A DNA stretch of 64,000 bases from an uncultured Alphaproteobacteria bacterium (lineage in GTDB: Bacteria > Pseudomonadota > Alphaproteobacteria > Rhodobacterales > Rhodobacteraceae). The notes under the pieces were generated by a model. That model saw only the letters and a list, made by a program, of their open reading frames with translations, was not told the origin of the DNA and made no database searches. Positions 52,437-63,739 of the stretch are shown piece by piece. A program made the position numbers and the translations under genes. Within the stretch, counting starts at the first letter, position 1; the number at the start of each line of letters is the position of its first letter. The stretch covers positions 20,886 to 84,885 of the forward strand of contig CAWFWP010000015.1 of the NCBI GenBank assembly GCA_963819585.1. Reading direction: 5' to 3'.

Positions 52437-53566
52437 CATTGCCGCGACCGGTAACCGGCCAGCCACGCCCCAACCCGCGCCAGCCCCTCCCGCAGCGCAT
52501 CCGTCGCGCAGGCGTAGCCGATGCGCACATGCCCCTCGATCCCGAAGACATCGCCCGGCACGAACATCACGCCCGTATCCGCCAGCACCTTCGTGCAGAA
52601 CTCCCGCGACGGCATGTCGAGTCCATAGGCCAGCATCGCCGTCGTGCCCGCCTGCGGCTTCACATAGGACATCCCCGGCGTCGCCGCGACCCAGCCGTCG
52701 AGGATCGCCAGATTGGTCCGCACGATCCCCCGGCTGCGCGCCAGCACCTTGCCCGCGTTCTCCAGCGCCAGCCCCGCGAAATGGTCGTCGATCATGCCCA
52801 CACTGATCGTCGTGTAGTCCCGGTGAATGCTGACGGCCTCGATCACCTCGCGCGGGGCCGCGATCCAGCCGAGGCGCAGACCGGCCAGTGAGAACGCCTT
52901 CGACATGCCCGCCGTTCCGATCCCCCTCTCATACAGGTCCGCAAAGGACGGCGTGATCTCCGCCCCCTCTTGTTCCGTCCCGCGATAGACCTCGTCCGCC
53001 AGCAGCCAAGCGCCCGCATCCCGCGCGATGGCGACGATCTCGTCCATCATCGCCTTCGGCATCAGCGATCCGGTCGGGTTGTTCGGGTTGGTCAGCGTCA
53101 AGAGCCGTGTTCCCGGCGTGACCAGCCGCCGGAGGGCCGCAAGGTCCGGCAGATACCCGTCCCCGGCCCGCAGGCGCAGCTCCACGACATCAGCGCCCAA
53201 TGACGCCGGGATCGATGTATGCTGCTGATAGGTCGGAACGACGGACACAACCCGGTCCCCTGCCGACACCATCGCCCGGTGCACCAAATCGTTCGCCCCG
53301 ATGGTCCCATGCGTGACGATGATGTTCTCGCGCGCCTGCCGCGCATACAGTCCGGTGATCGCGTCACGAAGCCGGTCCGACCCCTCGATGGCCCCATAGG
53401 TCATCCGCATCGGCAGCAGCTCGGCCAGATCGCGGTCGTTCCGCCCCGTCAGCGTCAGCAATTCGCCGATTGTCAGAGAATGCACGCAGGTCTCGGCAAG
53501 GTTAAACGCGCAGGTCGTCTCATAGGCGTTCATCCAGATTTCGACGCCGAAGGGTTGGATTTTCAT
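52436..53566 (-). CDS. PLP-dependent aminotransferase (class I/II)
   Basis: MKIQPFGVEIWMNAYETTCAFNLAETCVHS… with the PLP-Lys region …GTAGMSKAFSLAGLRLGW…. Confidence 0.8.
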   Translation of the reverse strand: MKIQPFGVEIWMNAYETTCAFNLAETCVHSLTIGELLTLTGRNDRDLAELLPMRMTYGAIEGSDRLRDAITGLYARQARENIIVTHGTIGANDLVHRAMVSAGDRVVSVVPTYQQHTSIPASLGADVVELRLRAGDGYLPDLAALRRLVTPGTRLLTLTNPNNPTGSLMPKAMMDEIVAIARDAGAWLLADEVYRGTEQEGAEITPSFADLYERGIGTAGMSKAFSLAGLRLGWIAAPREVIEAVSIHRDYTTISVGMIDDHFAGLALENAGKVLARSRGIVRTNLAILDGWVAATPGMSYVKPQAGTTAMLAYGLDMPSREFCTKVLADTGVMFVPGDVFGIEGHVRIGYACATDALREGLARVGAWLAGYRSRQ

Positions 53567-53633
53567 GGGGCTCTCCAAGGCTTCGGGCGACCCTATGCGG
53601 GCCGCCCGGTCGGGCAAAGGGGGTGCGGCCGGT

Positions 53634-54341
53634 CTATTTCCGGATCAGCCCGATCCCCGACGCGATCATCCAGACCGACAGCAGCAGGTAACCCGCCACC
53701 GCCAAAAGGCCGAACGCCCCGCCATCCGCGCCGATGGCCAGCGCCACGCCCTCATACGCCCCGACCGTGATCGCGGCAGTTGCCAGGGCGCCGAGCCCTG
53801 CTGTCACCTTGCGCCCTTCGCGCAGCTGCAGGATCGCCGACGCGCCCACGAACATCGCCGTGAAGAGCTGCCCCAGATGCTCGCCTATGGCGACGCCGCC
53901 ATAGGCATGGATCACCGCAAAGGCCTGCGCGGCTTCCGGATCAGCCGTCATGCCCGGCACCACCATCACCCAGCGCAGCAGACCCATCGCCTGCGTCAGC
54001 CCCGCCAGCGCGCCGAACACGGCGGCCGAAACCGCCAGCCCCGGCAGACGCCCCATGCGCCCGGCGGCGAAGGAATGCGCCAGCGCGACCGGCACGAACA
54101 GCAGCGCGGCGAGGGCGAATGCGTACCAGGTCAGGATCAGGTCGGTGCCGCCAGCGGCAAAGGCCGACAGTATCTCCCCGGCGGGGCGGCGCAGGATGTC
54201 GGGATACTCGAAAATGGCGGCGAGCCGTGCGAAAGGCAGGTTGAAGCCGACGGCCAGCGTGATCATCGCGGCCCCAGTCAGGATGCGGGGATTGCGGTCG
54301 GCGGAGGGCGCGGCGATGGACGAGAGGGTGAGCGTGGTCAT
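53634..54341 (-). CDS. DUF4386 family membrane protein
   Basis: Multi-TM hydrophobic protein, divergent from a TetR gene. The DUF call is tentative. Confidence 0.5.
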   Translation of the reverse strand: MTTLTLSSIAAPSADRNPRILTGAAMITLAVGFNLPFARLAAIFEYPDILRRPAGEILSAFAAGGTDLILTWYAFALAALLFVPVALAHSFAAGRMGRLPGLAVSAAVFGALAGLTQAMGLLRWVMVVPGMTADPEAAQAFAVIHAYGGVAIGEHLGQLFTAMFVGASAILQLREGRKVTAGLGALATAAITVGAYEGVALAIGADGGAFGLLAVAGYLLLSVWMIASGIGLIRK

Positions 54342-54365
54342 GGCGACTTCCTTTGCGGTTGAGCG

Positions 54366-54432
54366 TGTCACTGATCGGTGACATACGGATCGCAGATGAT
54401 TCGCACAAGAAAAATGTCACCGACCGGTGACA
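54366..54432. promoter_or_regulatory. Two TGTCAC-N6-GTGACA palindromes (54366-83, 54415-32) in the TetR/DUF4386 divergent promoter region
   Basis: Candidate TetR operators. Confidence 0.35.
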
Positions 54433-54446
54433 AATCCGGAGACAGC

Positions 54447-55052
54447 ATGACCGAAGCCCCACGCAACCGCGACGACACCCGCCAACGTATCCTTGATGCG
54501 GCGCTCGACATCCTCGCGCAGGAAGGCTTCGGGGCGTTCGGCGTCAACGCCGTCGCGCGCCGGTCGGGGTCGGATAAGAAGCTGATCTACCGCTATTTCG
54601 ACGGGATGGAGGGGCTGACCGAAGCGATGGGCGAGGCTGTCGCCGACGAGTTGACAGCCGCCCTTGCCGCGCATGTCACACCGATGCCCGACAACTATGC
54701 CGCGCTGATTGAACGCTTGGCACTCGCGCTTTTCGACCATCTCTGCGGCAATGCCCGCTACCGGCAGATCAAGGTGGTCGAGATCACCGCCCCCTCCGCC
54801 GCCACCGCAGCCTTCGCAAAGGCGCGCGGCCGCGCGATCCAGGGCTGGGTCATGGCGGCACGCGGCAGCCTTGTCCCACCTGGGGGGCTCGACGCCCCCG
54901 CCCTGAACGCCGCCCTGATCGCCGCGGTCGAGGGGATGACGGTGCTGGGCGCGGCGGGCCTGCCGCTGGACAGTGACACAAACCGCGACCGCGCCCGCAC
55001 CGCGCTGCGGCGGCTGGTGAGGGCGGCATACGCAGCGGCGGACGCGACCTAG
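54447..55052 (+). CDS. TetR-family transcriptional regulator
   Basis: RQRILDAALDILAQEGFGAFGVNAVARRSG is a TetR HTH. Confidence 0.8.
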   Translation: MTEAPRNRDDTRQRILDAALDILAQEGFGAFGVNAVARRSGSDKKLIYRYFDGMEGLTEAMGEAVADELTAALAAHVTPMPDNYAALIERLALALFDHLCGNARYRQIKVVEITAPSAATAAFAKARGRAIQGWVMAARGSLVPPGGLDAPALNAALIAAVEGMTVLGAAGLPLDSDTNRDRARTALRRLVRAAYAAADAT

Positions 55053-55193
55053 AACCGCTCGGCCCGCAGCACTTCGCAATCGGTCACGCTGACCACGCCG
55101 ATATGCCGCTCCAGCACCCGGAACGCCGCCTCTAAAAGCGTGTCCACCCGTTCGGGCGGCAGGATGCAGACCACCGCCCGTGCCGTCAGCCGG

Positions 55194-55637
55194 TCAGGCG
55201 ACCCGCATCAGCCTGGCGGGCCGCTGGCCCATGCGGGGACGTGGCGGATCGACAGCGATCGCGGTCCCGGCAAAACCCGGAAACGGTGCGCCGAAGCGCA
55301 GCGCCAACGCCGCCGGGTCGATCCCCGCCGCTTCGGCCCGGATCAGCGGTCGGTCACGCGGCCAGCCGTGCAGCATGACCGACCCGCCGCCCGCCCGCAG
55401 CATGAACCCGAGCCCGCGCAGGCGCGACTGCAGGTCCGTCCAGCCGGTCGCGCTGCGCACCGCGTCCCGCACTCCGATATCACGCGGTATGCGCGGAATT
55501 GCCCGCGCGGCCAGCGCCCGCACCAGCGCACCGCGCAGGATGTCGGCGGGCGAACACCCCTCTGCCCGCGCGGCCTCGGTCAGCGACGCCAGCAGGTCGT
55601 CGGGAAGGCGCATGGTCACAAGATGATCCCTGGGCAT
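55194..55637 (-). CDS. Ribbon-helix-helix (CopG-like) domain protein
   Basis: MPRDHLVTMRLPDDLLASLTEAARAEGCSPADILRGALVRALA has an RHH signature at the N-terminus. Confidence 0.4.
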   Translation of the reverse strand: MPRDHLVTMRLPDDLLASLTEAARAEGCSPADILRGALVRALAARAIPRIPRDIGVRDAVRSATGWTDLQSRLRGLGFMLRAGGGSVMLHGWPRDRPLIRAEAAGIDPAALALRFGAPFPGFAGTAIAVDPPRPRMGQRPARLMRVA

Positions 55638-55701
55638 CGCCAAGGCTTGCGCGATTCTGGTTAAGGGAAGGTTTGCGCCCGCCGGACCCCGCGTCCGCGC
55701 C

Positions 55702-56349
55702 TCAGACCTCGACGAACTGCCCGTCTTCCGGCTCATACTGCCGCAGCTCACCGCCGCCCGTATCCGTCCACAGGCCATGCAGCGTCATCTCGTCGGCTTC
55801 CACCGCCGCCTTGACGAAGGGAAAGGTCATCAGATTCTCAAGGCTGACGAGCACTGCCTGTTTTTCCAGCGCGACGCGGCGTTCGGTATCGTCGGCGATG
55901 TCCTTCACCCGCTCATATCCCGGGCGCAGGATGTCCATCCACCGCCCGACGAAGCTCGCCGTCGTCGTCACCGGCATGTGGCCCCGGCAGATGTCATGGC
56001 AGCGGTTCACGCCGCCGCAGTTGGAATGCCCCAGCACGATCAGATGCGCGACCTTCAGTTCCGCCACCGCGAACTCCACTGCCGCCGAGGTCCCGTGGTA
56101 TTCGTTGTCCGGGTTATAGGGCGGGACCAGATTGGCGATGTTCCGGTGAATGAAGAATTCACCCTGATCCGCCCCGAAGATCGAGGTGACATGCACGCGG
56201 CTGTCGCAGCACGAAATCACCATCGCGCGCGGGCGCTGGCCGTCCTCAGCCAGTCGCTTGTACCAGGCCCGATTCTCTGCATAGGTCGTGGCGCGCCAGC
56301 CGTGAAAGCGCTGTATCAGATAGCTCGGCAGCGGCCGCGCAAGGTCCAT
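55702..56349 (-). CDS. Beta-class carbonic anhydrase
   Basis: …VISCCDSRV…HSNCGGV… carries the zinc ligands. Confidence 0.85.
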   Translation of the reverse strand: MDLARPLPSYLIQRFHGWRATTYAENRAWYKRLAEDGQRPRAMVISCCDSRVHVTSIFGADQGEFFIHRNIANLVPPYNPDNEYHGTSAAVEFAVAELKVAHLIVLGHSNCGGVNRCHDICRGHMPVTTTASFVGRWMDILRPGYERVKDIADDTERRVALEKQAVLVSLENLMTFPFVKAAVEADEMTLHGLWTDTGGGELRQYEPEDGQFVEV

Positions 56350-56584
56350 CCGGTGTGTCCCGTCGTTTCGTCTGGCACCCGTGTTAGCCGCATGGTCCGG
56401 CGAATTCGAGCAGTTTCTTGTGCCGCAGGCCATCACCCATCAACCGATTTCTAAGGCCGCCCTGTCAGGGTCATTCCGCGCATGGGGTGTGCGTCGCGGG
56501 AAACTTACGGGGTGGGATGTGGCGGTGTTTTCTGTCCTGCGGCATGAGGAAGCGATCCGGCTCGACCCGGCATGCCTGATCGAG

Positions 56585-56899
56585 ATGTACGCCAGACTGG
56601 GCGAGGACTGCGCCGAACGCATGATCGGCCTGACGATGGAGGAACTGGCGGGGAACCTGACCGAGGTGGACCGCCACGCGCTGGCAGGTGATTTGCCGGC
56701 CCTGATCCGCTGCGCCGAACGCCTGTCGCTGGCGGCGCGCGACATCGGAATGACGACGCTGGCCCGCGTGGCAGGCGATGTGATCCGCGCGACGATTGCG
56801 GGCGATGCCGCTGGCCGGTCAGCAACGGTCGCGCGGCTGGCCCGCATCGGCGACCGGTCGTTCGCCGCAATCTGGGACATCCGCGACGTGTCGCTGTAG
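56585..56899 (+). CDS. Hypothetical protein (start uncertain; ORF is open from 56381)
   Basis: Alpha-helical protein with no recognised family. Confidence 0.25.
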   Translation: MYARLGEDCAERMIGLTMEELAGNLTEVDRHALAGDLPALIRCAERLSLAARDIGMTTLARVAGDVIRATIAGDAAGRSATVARLARIGDRSFAAIWDIRDVSL

Positions 56900-56994
56900 C
56901 CGCGCAGGGTCGCACGCGGGCTTGCGGAGGGCCGGACAGCCGCTAGGGTTGCCCGGATCCGCCGACGCGACCGACCCTAAGGACACTCCCCGCA

Positions 56995-58378
56995 ATGACG
57001 ACAGGCTTCGCCCCGGCTGATGCGCCTTCCCTGCCGCTCTACCTTGTCGATGATGCCGGGCTTGCCGCCTTTCTGGGCGGACTGGCGGCGGAGCATCGCG
57101 CATGGCTGCAAGCGGCGGGGTTCAAGGCCACCCTCGGACAGCTTGTCATCCTGCCGGGGCAGGATGGTTCGCCCGCCGGGGCGGCCTTTGGTCTCGGGTC
57201 CGCCGCGGCCCGCCGCAGGGGTCGGTTCCATGTGGCCAAGGCCGTTGCCGACCTGCCGGAGGGTACCTGGCATCTCGATGGACCGTCAGCCGCCCTTGCG
57301 CCCGAAGAAACGGCGCTCGGCTGGCTGCTCGCGTCCTATCGCTTCAGCCGCTACAAAGCCGCGACACCCCCAGGGCCGCGCCTGAAAGCCCCGCCCGGCA
57401 TCGACGCCACCCGGATCGAAACCATCGCGGCCTCCGAGGCGCTGACCCGCGACCTGATCAATACGCCCGCGTCCGACATGGGTCCGGACGAGCTTGAGGC
57501 GGCGATCCGCGCAGTCGCCTCTGTGTTCGGCGCAAAGATCGAGGTGACGCAGGGCGACGATCTGCTGACAGGCTTCCCGATGATCCACGCAGTTGGCCGC
57601 GCATCCCCTCGCGCGCCGCGCCTGATCGACCTGACCTGGGGCAGCACCGGGCCGAAACTCACACTCGTCGGCAAGGGCGTCTGCTTTGACACCGGTGGGC
57701 TCGACCTGAAGCCCGCCGCAGGCATGGGTCTGATGAAAAAGGACATGGGCGGGGCCGCCACCGCCCTCGGCCTCGCCCGCAGCATCATGGCGCTGAACCT
57801 GCCGCTGCGCCTGCGCTTGCTGGTGCCCGCCGTCGAAAACAGCGTCGCGGGCAACGCATTCCGACCGCAGGACATCCTGACCAGCCGCAAGGGCCTGACG
57901 GTCGAGATCAACAACACCGATGCCGAGGGGCGTCTGATCCTTGCCGATGCCTTGGCCCTCGCCGATGAGGGCGCACCCGACCTGATCGTCTCGATGGCCA
58001 CGCTGACCGGGGCCGCCCGCACCGCCGTGGGGCCGGATCTCGCGCCCTTCTACTGCGATGACGACCGCATCGCCGCCGCCCTGTCCGCCGCAGGCACCCG
58101 CATCGCCGACCCGCTCTGGCGCATGCCCTTCTGGGACCCTTACGAGATCCATGATCGAACCCGGCATCGCCGACCTCGACAATGCACCCTCGGGCGGCAT
58201 GGCCGGGTCGGTCACCGCCGCCCTGTTCCTCCGCCGCTTCGTCACCGCGACCCCGGCCTACGTGCATTTCGACATCTACGGCTGGCAGCCTGTCGCCGCC
58301 CCCGCCCGCCCCAAGGGCGGCGTCGGTCAGGGCGCGCGCGCCATTCTCGACGCGCTCCCTGCGCTGATGGGTTTCTGA
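56995..58378 (+). CDS. M17 leucyl aminopeptidase family protein; frameshift near 58150
   Basis: …NTDAEGRLILADAL… with the conserved NTDAEGRL motif. The C-terminus continues in a second frame: …MIEPGIADLDNAPSGGMAGS…. Confidence 0.8.
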
Positions 58379-59202
58379 TGGACCGCCGCCTCACCCCCTC
58401 GAACGGCCGCGTCGCGCATGTCTCGCTGCAGGGCCATATCCTTGCCAAGCGCTACACCGAAGGCGACCATGCCCGTATCGCCTTGCCCCTGACCGATCTG
58501 CTGTCCGAACCGGACGGCCCGCGCGACCGCCAGCTTGTCATGGGCGATCATCTCCTCGTCCTCGAAATCCGCGACGACTTCGCCTTTGTCCAGTCGCAGA
58601 AAGACGGCTATTGCGGATATGTCGCCGCATCCGCCCTCGGCCCCGCACGGCCCGTCACCCACTGGGTCTCGGTCCCTGCCACCCATCTGTACTCGGCGCC
58701 AGACCTGAAAAGCCCCGAACAGGCCGCCCTCAGCATCGGCGCGCATCTTTGCCTGACTGCCTTCGACCACCCCCGCTTTGCCGAAACCATCGACGGCCTC
58801 TATGTCCCGCGTGTTCATGTACGCGCCTTGGGCGACTGGGCCACCGACCCGGTCGCCGTTGCGGAAAGCCTGCTCGGGACGCCCTATCTCTGGGGCGGCA
58901 ACAGCCGTGGCGGGCTCGATTGTTCCGGTCTGGTACAGGCGGCACTGCTTGCCTGCGGAATTCCCTGCCCCGGCGACAGCGGGTTGCAGGAGGCTGCAGT
59001 CGGCACGCCCGTCCCCGAAGGATCCGCCCATCGGCGTGGCGATCTCTTCTTCTGGAAGGGTCATGTCGCCATGGCCGCCGGGGCCGGGCGGCTGATCCAT
59101 GCCAGCGGGCATCACATGGCCGTCGTCTACGAACCCATCGCCGACGCCCTGCCCCGCATCGCCGCCCAAGGCGAGGCGCTCCGCGTCGTCAAGCGGCTCT
59201 GA
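58378..59202 (+). CDS. NlpC/P60 (C40) peptidase with an N-terminal SH3b-like domain
   Basis: …GLDCSGLVQAALLACGI… is the catalytic Cys, with …GDLFFWKGHVAMAAG… downstream. The TGATG start overlaps the previous stop. Confidence 0.8.
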   Translation: MDRRLTPSNGRVAHVSLQGHILAKRYTEGDHARIALPLTDLLSEPDGPRDRQLVMGDHLLVLEIRDDFAFVQSQKDGYCGYVAASALGPARPVTHWVSVPATHLYSAPDLKSPEQAALSIGAHLCLTAFDHPRFAETIDGLYVPRVHVRALGDWATDPVAVAESLLGTPYLWGGNSRGGLDCSGLVQAALLACGIPCPGDSGLQEAAVGTPVPEGSAHRRGDLFFWKGHVAMAAGAGRLIHASGHHMAVVYEPIADALPRIAAQGEALRVVKRL

Positions 59203-59208
59203 CCCGCC

Positions 59209-60319
59209 TCAGACCGACGCGTCCAGCGCCGCAAGGATCGCGTCGCCCATGCCTGTCGTCGTGACCGGCGTGCCGCCGTCCGGCCCCATCAGGTCCGCCG
59301 TCCGCACCCCGTCGGCCAGCACCTGTTCCACCGCCGCCTCGACCCGCGCCGCCTCGTCCTTGGCGTCGAAGGAATAGCGCAGCGCCATGGCGAAACTCAG
59401 GATGCAGGCGATGGGGTTGGCCTTGCCGGTGCCCGCGATGTCGGGGGCGGAGCCGTGGACGGGTTCATAGAGCGCCTTCGGGCGGCCGTTCTTCATCGGC
59501 GCGCCGAGGCTGGCCGAGGGAAGCATCCCCAGTGAACCGGTCAGCATGGCGGCACAGTCGGACAGCACGTCGCCGAACAGGTTGTCGGTCACGATGACGT
59601 CGAACTGCTTCGGCCAGCGCACCAGCTGCATCGCGCCGTTGTCGGCATACATGTGCGACAGGGCGACATCCGGGTATTCGTTGTCATGCACCCACTGCAC
59701 CTCTTCCCGCCAGAGGATGCCCAACTCCATCACGTTGGCCTTCTCCATCGAGCAGACCTTGTTGCCCCGCCGCCGCGCCAGCTCGAACGCCGCCCGCGCG
59801 ACGCGGCGGATTTCGTTCGTGGTGTAGCGCTGGGTGTTGATGCCGACGCGGCCGCCTTCGTTGTCGGGGAAGATGCCGCGCGGTTCGCCGAAATAGACGC
59901 CGGAGGTCAGCTCGCGCACGATCATGATGTCGAGGCCCGCGACGACGTCTTTCTTGAGCGACGAGAAGTCGGCCAGCGCGTCGAAGCACTGCGCCGGGCG
60001 GAGGTTGGCGAAGAGGTCCATTTCCTTGCGGAGCCGCAGGAGGCCGCGTTCGGGTTTCACGCGAGAAGTCGAGGCCGTCGTATTTCGGCCCGCCGACCGC
60101 GCCCAGAAGGACCGCGTCCGCCGCCTGGGCCGCCGCCATCGTCGCGTCGGACAGGGGCACGCCGTGGACGTCATAGGCCGCGCCGCCGACGAGGTCTTCG
60201 GACACATTGAAGCGCAGCCCCCGCCGGTCGCCCATCCAGCCGATGATCCGGCGCACCTCGGCCATCACCTCGGGGCCGATCCCGTCGCCGGGCAGGATGA
60301 GAAGGGACGGGTTCGCCAT
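59209..60319 (-). CDS. leuB: 3-isopropylmalate dehydrogenase; frameshift near 60060
   Basis: [22 protein letters not shown]… continues …[44 protein letters not shown]…. Confidence 0.9.
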
Positions 60320-60410
60320 GACGGGGCCTTTCGGGATGCAGGTCGGGAGGCGGGGTAGCCGAGGGGCAGCGGGGCGGTCAAGATGGGGCAGCCGGGGGTC
60401 CGCAGGGCGT

Positions 60411-60424
60411 GTCCACATGTGGAC
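60411..60424. promoter_or_regulatory. Perfect 14-bp palindrome GTCCACATGTGGAC upstream of leuB, at the low-GC boundary
   Basis: Candidate operator; function unknown. Confidence 0.25.
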
Positions 60425-60538
60425 AAACCTGCAACATGCTGAATTAAAACAGTAATATCTGATCTTGTTTACCCTTTCTTAACCGTTGACCACACAGCCC
60501 GATGCCCGCATTGTCGGCCCCGGCAGGCAGGGAATTTC

Positions 60539-63500
60539 ATGAGCCGGATTCAGATCAATGCCTATCTTGCCGAACTTGACCGCACCAAGAAATTTTCCGG
60601 GTCCCTGACCGAAGAGGTCATCCGCGAGGCGTTCAAGGGTCTGCTGAAGGGCTGGGCGCGCGACAGGAACCTGTTCCTGCAGGTCGAATACGTCATGCAG
60701 GGACCCGCGAAGAACACCATCAAGCTGGATGGCGCGATCCTGCACGAGCTGCGCGTGCCGCTGGGCTACTGGGAGGCGAAGGACACTGGCGACGATCTGG
60801 ACCGCGAGATCGAGAAGAAGTTCCGCAAGGGCTATCCGCAGGACAACATCGTGTTCGAGAATTCGCATACCGCAGTGCTGTTCCAGAACCGGCGTCGAGG
60901 TGATGCGCTGCGGCATGACCGATCTGGACGCGCTGGAGAAACTCCTGCGCCTTTTCTTCGCCTATGAACGCCCCGAAATCGCCGATTTCCGCGAAAGCCG
61001 TCGCGCAGTTCTCGGTCGATCTGCCCGCCATCCTTGACGGGCTGCGCGCCAGGATCGAGTGACGCCTACCGCGACAACCCGGCCTTTGCGGTCAGGCGGC
61101 GGCTTTCCTGGCCCATGCCAAGGAAACCATCAACCCCGCCCTGACCGAGGCGGACGTGCGCGAGATGCTGATCCAGCACGTCCTGACCGAAGAGATATTC
61201 ACGCAGGTCTTCAACGACGGCCAGTATCACCGGGAAAACAACATCGCCCAGCGAACTGACCAAGCTGGAGGATGCGTTCTTCACCGGCGGGATAAAGCGC
61301 GACGCCCTGCGGGCGCTGCAGCCCTATTACGCGGCGATCAGGGCCAACGCCGCGCAGATCACCGCGCACCGGAAAAGCAGACGTTCCTGAAGGTCGATCT
61401 ACGAGACAGTTCTACAAGGTCTACAACCCCAAGGCCGCCGACCGGCTGGGCGTCGTCTATACCCCGAACGAGATCGTGCGCTTCATGATCGAGGGCGCGG
61501 ACTGGCTGTGCGAGAAGCACTTCGGCAAGACCCTGATCGAGCCGGGGGTGGAAATCCTCGACCCCGCCACCGGCACCGGGACCTTCATCTGCGAGCTGAT
61601 CGAGCATTTCCGCGGCCAGCCGCAGACGCTGCACCGCAAGTACAAGGAAGAGCTTCACGCCAACGAGGTGGCGATCCTGCCGTATTACGTCGCCAACCTG
61701 AACATCGAGGCAACCTATGCGGCGGTGGCGGGGCAGTACGCCGAGTTTCCGAACCTGTGCTTCGTGGACACGCTGGACAATGTGGCGGGGCTGGGCATCA
61801 AGTCCGGCTATCAGCACGACCTGTTCGGCGGGCTGTCGGACGAGAACATCAAGCGCGTCCGCGACCAGAACAAGCGCAAGATTTCCGTCGTCATCGGCAA
61901 CCCGCCCTACAACGCGAACCAGCAGAACGAGAACGACAACAACAAGAACCGCGCCTATCCGAAGATCGACGACCTGATAAAGCGGTCCTTCGTGAAACTG
62001 TCCACCGCGCAGAAGACCAAAGTCTATGACATGTATGCCCGGTTCTTCCGCTGGGCGTTCGACCGGGTGCATGACGACGGGATCATCGCATTCATCACCA
62101 ACCGCAGCTTCATCGACAGCCGCACCTTCGACGGCTTCCGGCGCTATGTGCGGAGAAGTTCGCCGAGATCTTGGATCGTCGATCTGGGCGGCGACGTGCG
62201 GGCCAACCCGAAGATTTCGGGGACCAAGAACAACGTCTTCGGCATCCAGACCGGGGTGGCGATTTCATTTCTGGTGAAACGCAAGGGGGCGAAGCAGTGC
62301 GTGATCCGTTACGTGCGGCGGCCTGAATTCGACACGGCTGAGGACAAGCTGGCGTGGCTGGGGTCATCACGCCTGTCGTCGATGGCGACGGACCGCGTGG
62401 TGCCGGACAAGTCCGCGAACTGGATCAACCTGAGCGACAACGACTGGGACAGCCTGATCCCTGTGGCGGACAAGAAGACCAAGGCCGCCAAGGTGAAGGG
62501 GCAGGAGCAGGCGGTGTTCAAGTTGTTTAGCTTCGGCCTCGTCACCAATCGCGATGAGTGGATTTATGGACGAGACGGAGAGCAAGTCTGGAAAAGGCCG
62601 AATTTCTAGTTGAGCACTATGAGAAGCAACGTGCCAATCTCCATGCCATAGCGCGCGATGACAGAGGCGTCGACTCACCACGGGGTGCAGATCAAATGGA
62701 CCCGTTCCGTAAAGAGAAGTTTGGAGGCGAACCGCGTTTCGATCTTAAAGCGGCAAGAATGGTGCCTTGCCTATATCGGCCCTTCGACAAGCAAGAGCTG
62801 GCATTCTACCCGCCTCTGATTGAGATGCTGAATCAGACGCGAGCCATTTTCGGCGATGATTGCGGCGCGACGAACATGGTCATCATGTTCACTGATCCGA
62901 CATCGCAAAAGCCCTACATGACCATGGCAACCAATGTGGCAGTTGATATGCACGCGGTAGGTGCCGCTTCGGGGGCGTCGTGTCTCCCCCGCTACCGCTA
63001 CACCCAGTCCGGCGAGCAGATCGACAACATCACTGACTGGGCGCTCAAGACCTTCACTGACCATTACGGCAAGGCGGCGGGCGTCACCCGCGATGCGATC
63101 TTTGCCTATGTCTATGCGGCGCTGCACGACCCCCTCTGGCGCGAAACCTATGCGATCAACCTGAAGCGCGAGTTCCCCCGCATTCCCCTGCACCCGCATT
63201 TCGGCCGCTGGGCCGGCGTGGGGACAGCGGCTGCTGGACCTGCATATCGGGTATGAGGGGGTGGAGCCGTGGCCGGTGACCCGCCGCGACGTGCCGGACG
63301 CCAAGAGCCGCGCGGCGGGGGTCAGCCCCCGCGTGATCCTGAAGTCGGACCGGGAGGCGGGGACGGTGACGCTTGATTCCGAGACGGTGATCTCGGGGAT
63401 ACCGGCGGTGGCGTGGGACTATCGCCTCGGCAACCGGACCGCCATCGACTGGGTGCTGGACCAGCACAAGGAAAAGTCGCCGAAGGACCCGACGATCCGC

Positions 63501-63671
63501 GCGAAGTTCAACACCTACCGCTTTGCCGACCACAAGGAGCGCGTGGCAGACCTGATCGGGCGGGTGGCGCGGGTGAGCGTGGAGACGATGGGGATCGTGG
63601 AGGAGATCCAGAGCGGCGGGGCGGTGAACTCCGAGGCCCCGGCCTTCGCCGGGGCGGTTGTCAGCCCGTAG
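60539..63671 (+). pseudogene. MmeI-like type IIL/IIG restriction-modification fusion enzyme (N-terminal PD-EXK-type nuclease, gamma-class N6-adenine MTase, C-terminal target-recognition region); at least 8 frameshifts
   Basis: The N-terminus …LDGAILHELRVPLGYWEAKDTGDDLD has D…EAK. MTase motif I is VEILDPATGTGTF and motif IV is VVIGNPPYNANQQ. The conserved C-terminus is …YRLGNRTAIDWVLDQHKEKSPKDPTIRAKFNTYRFADHKE… Seven listed ORFs in three frames tile the gene. Confidence 0.65.
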
Positions 63672-63739
63672 GGCTGCCAGCCGTTGCCCCGCCCCCGCTC
63701 CCGTCCTAGAAGGGGCGCGATCCAAGGACGGAGCCCGCG

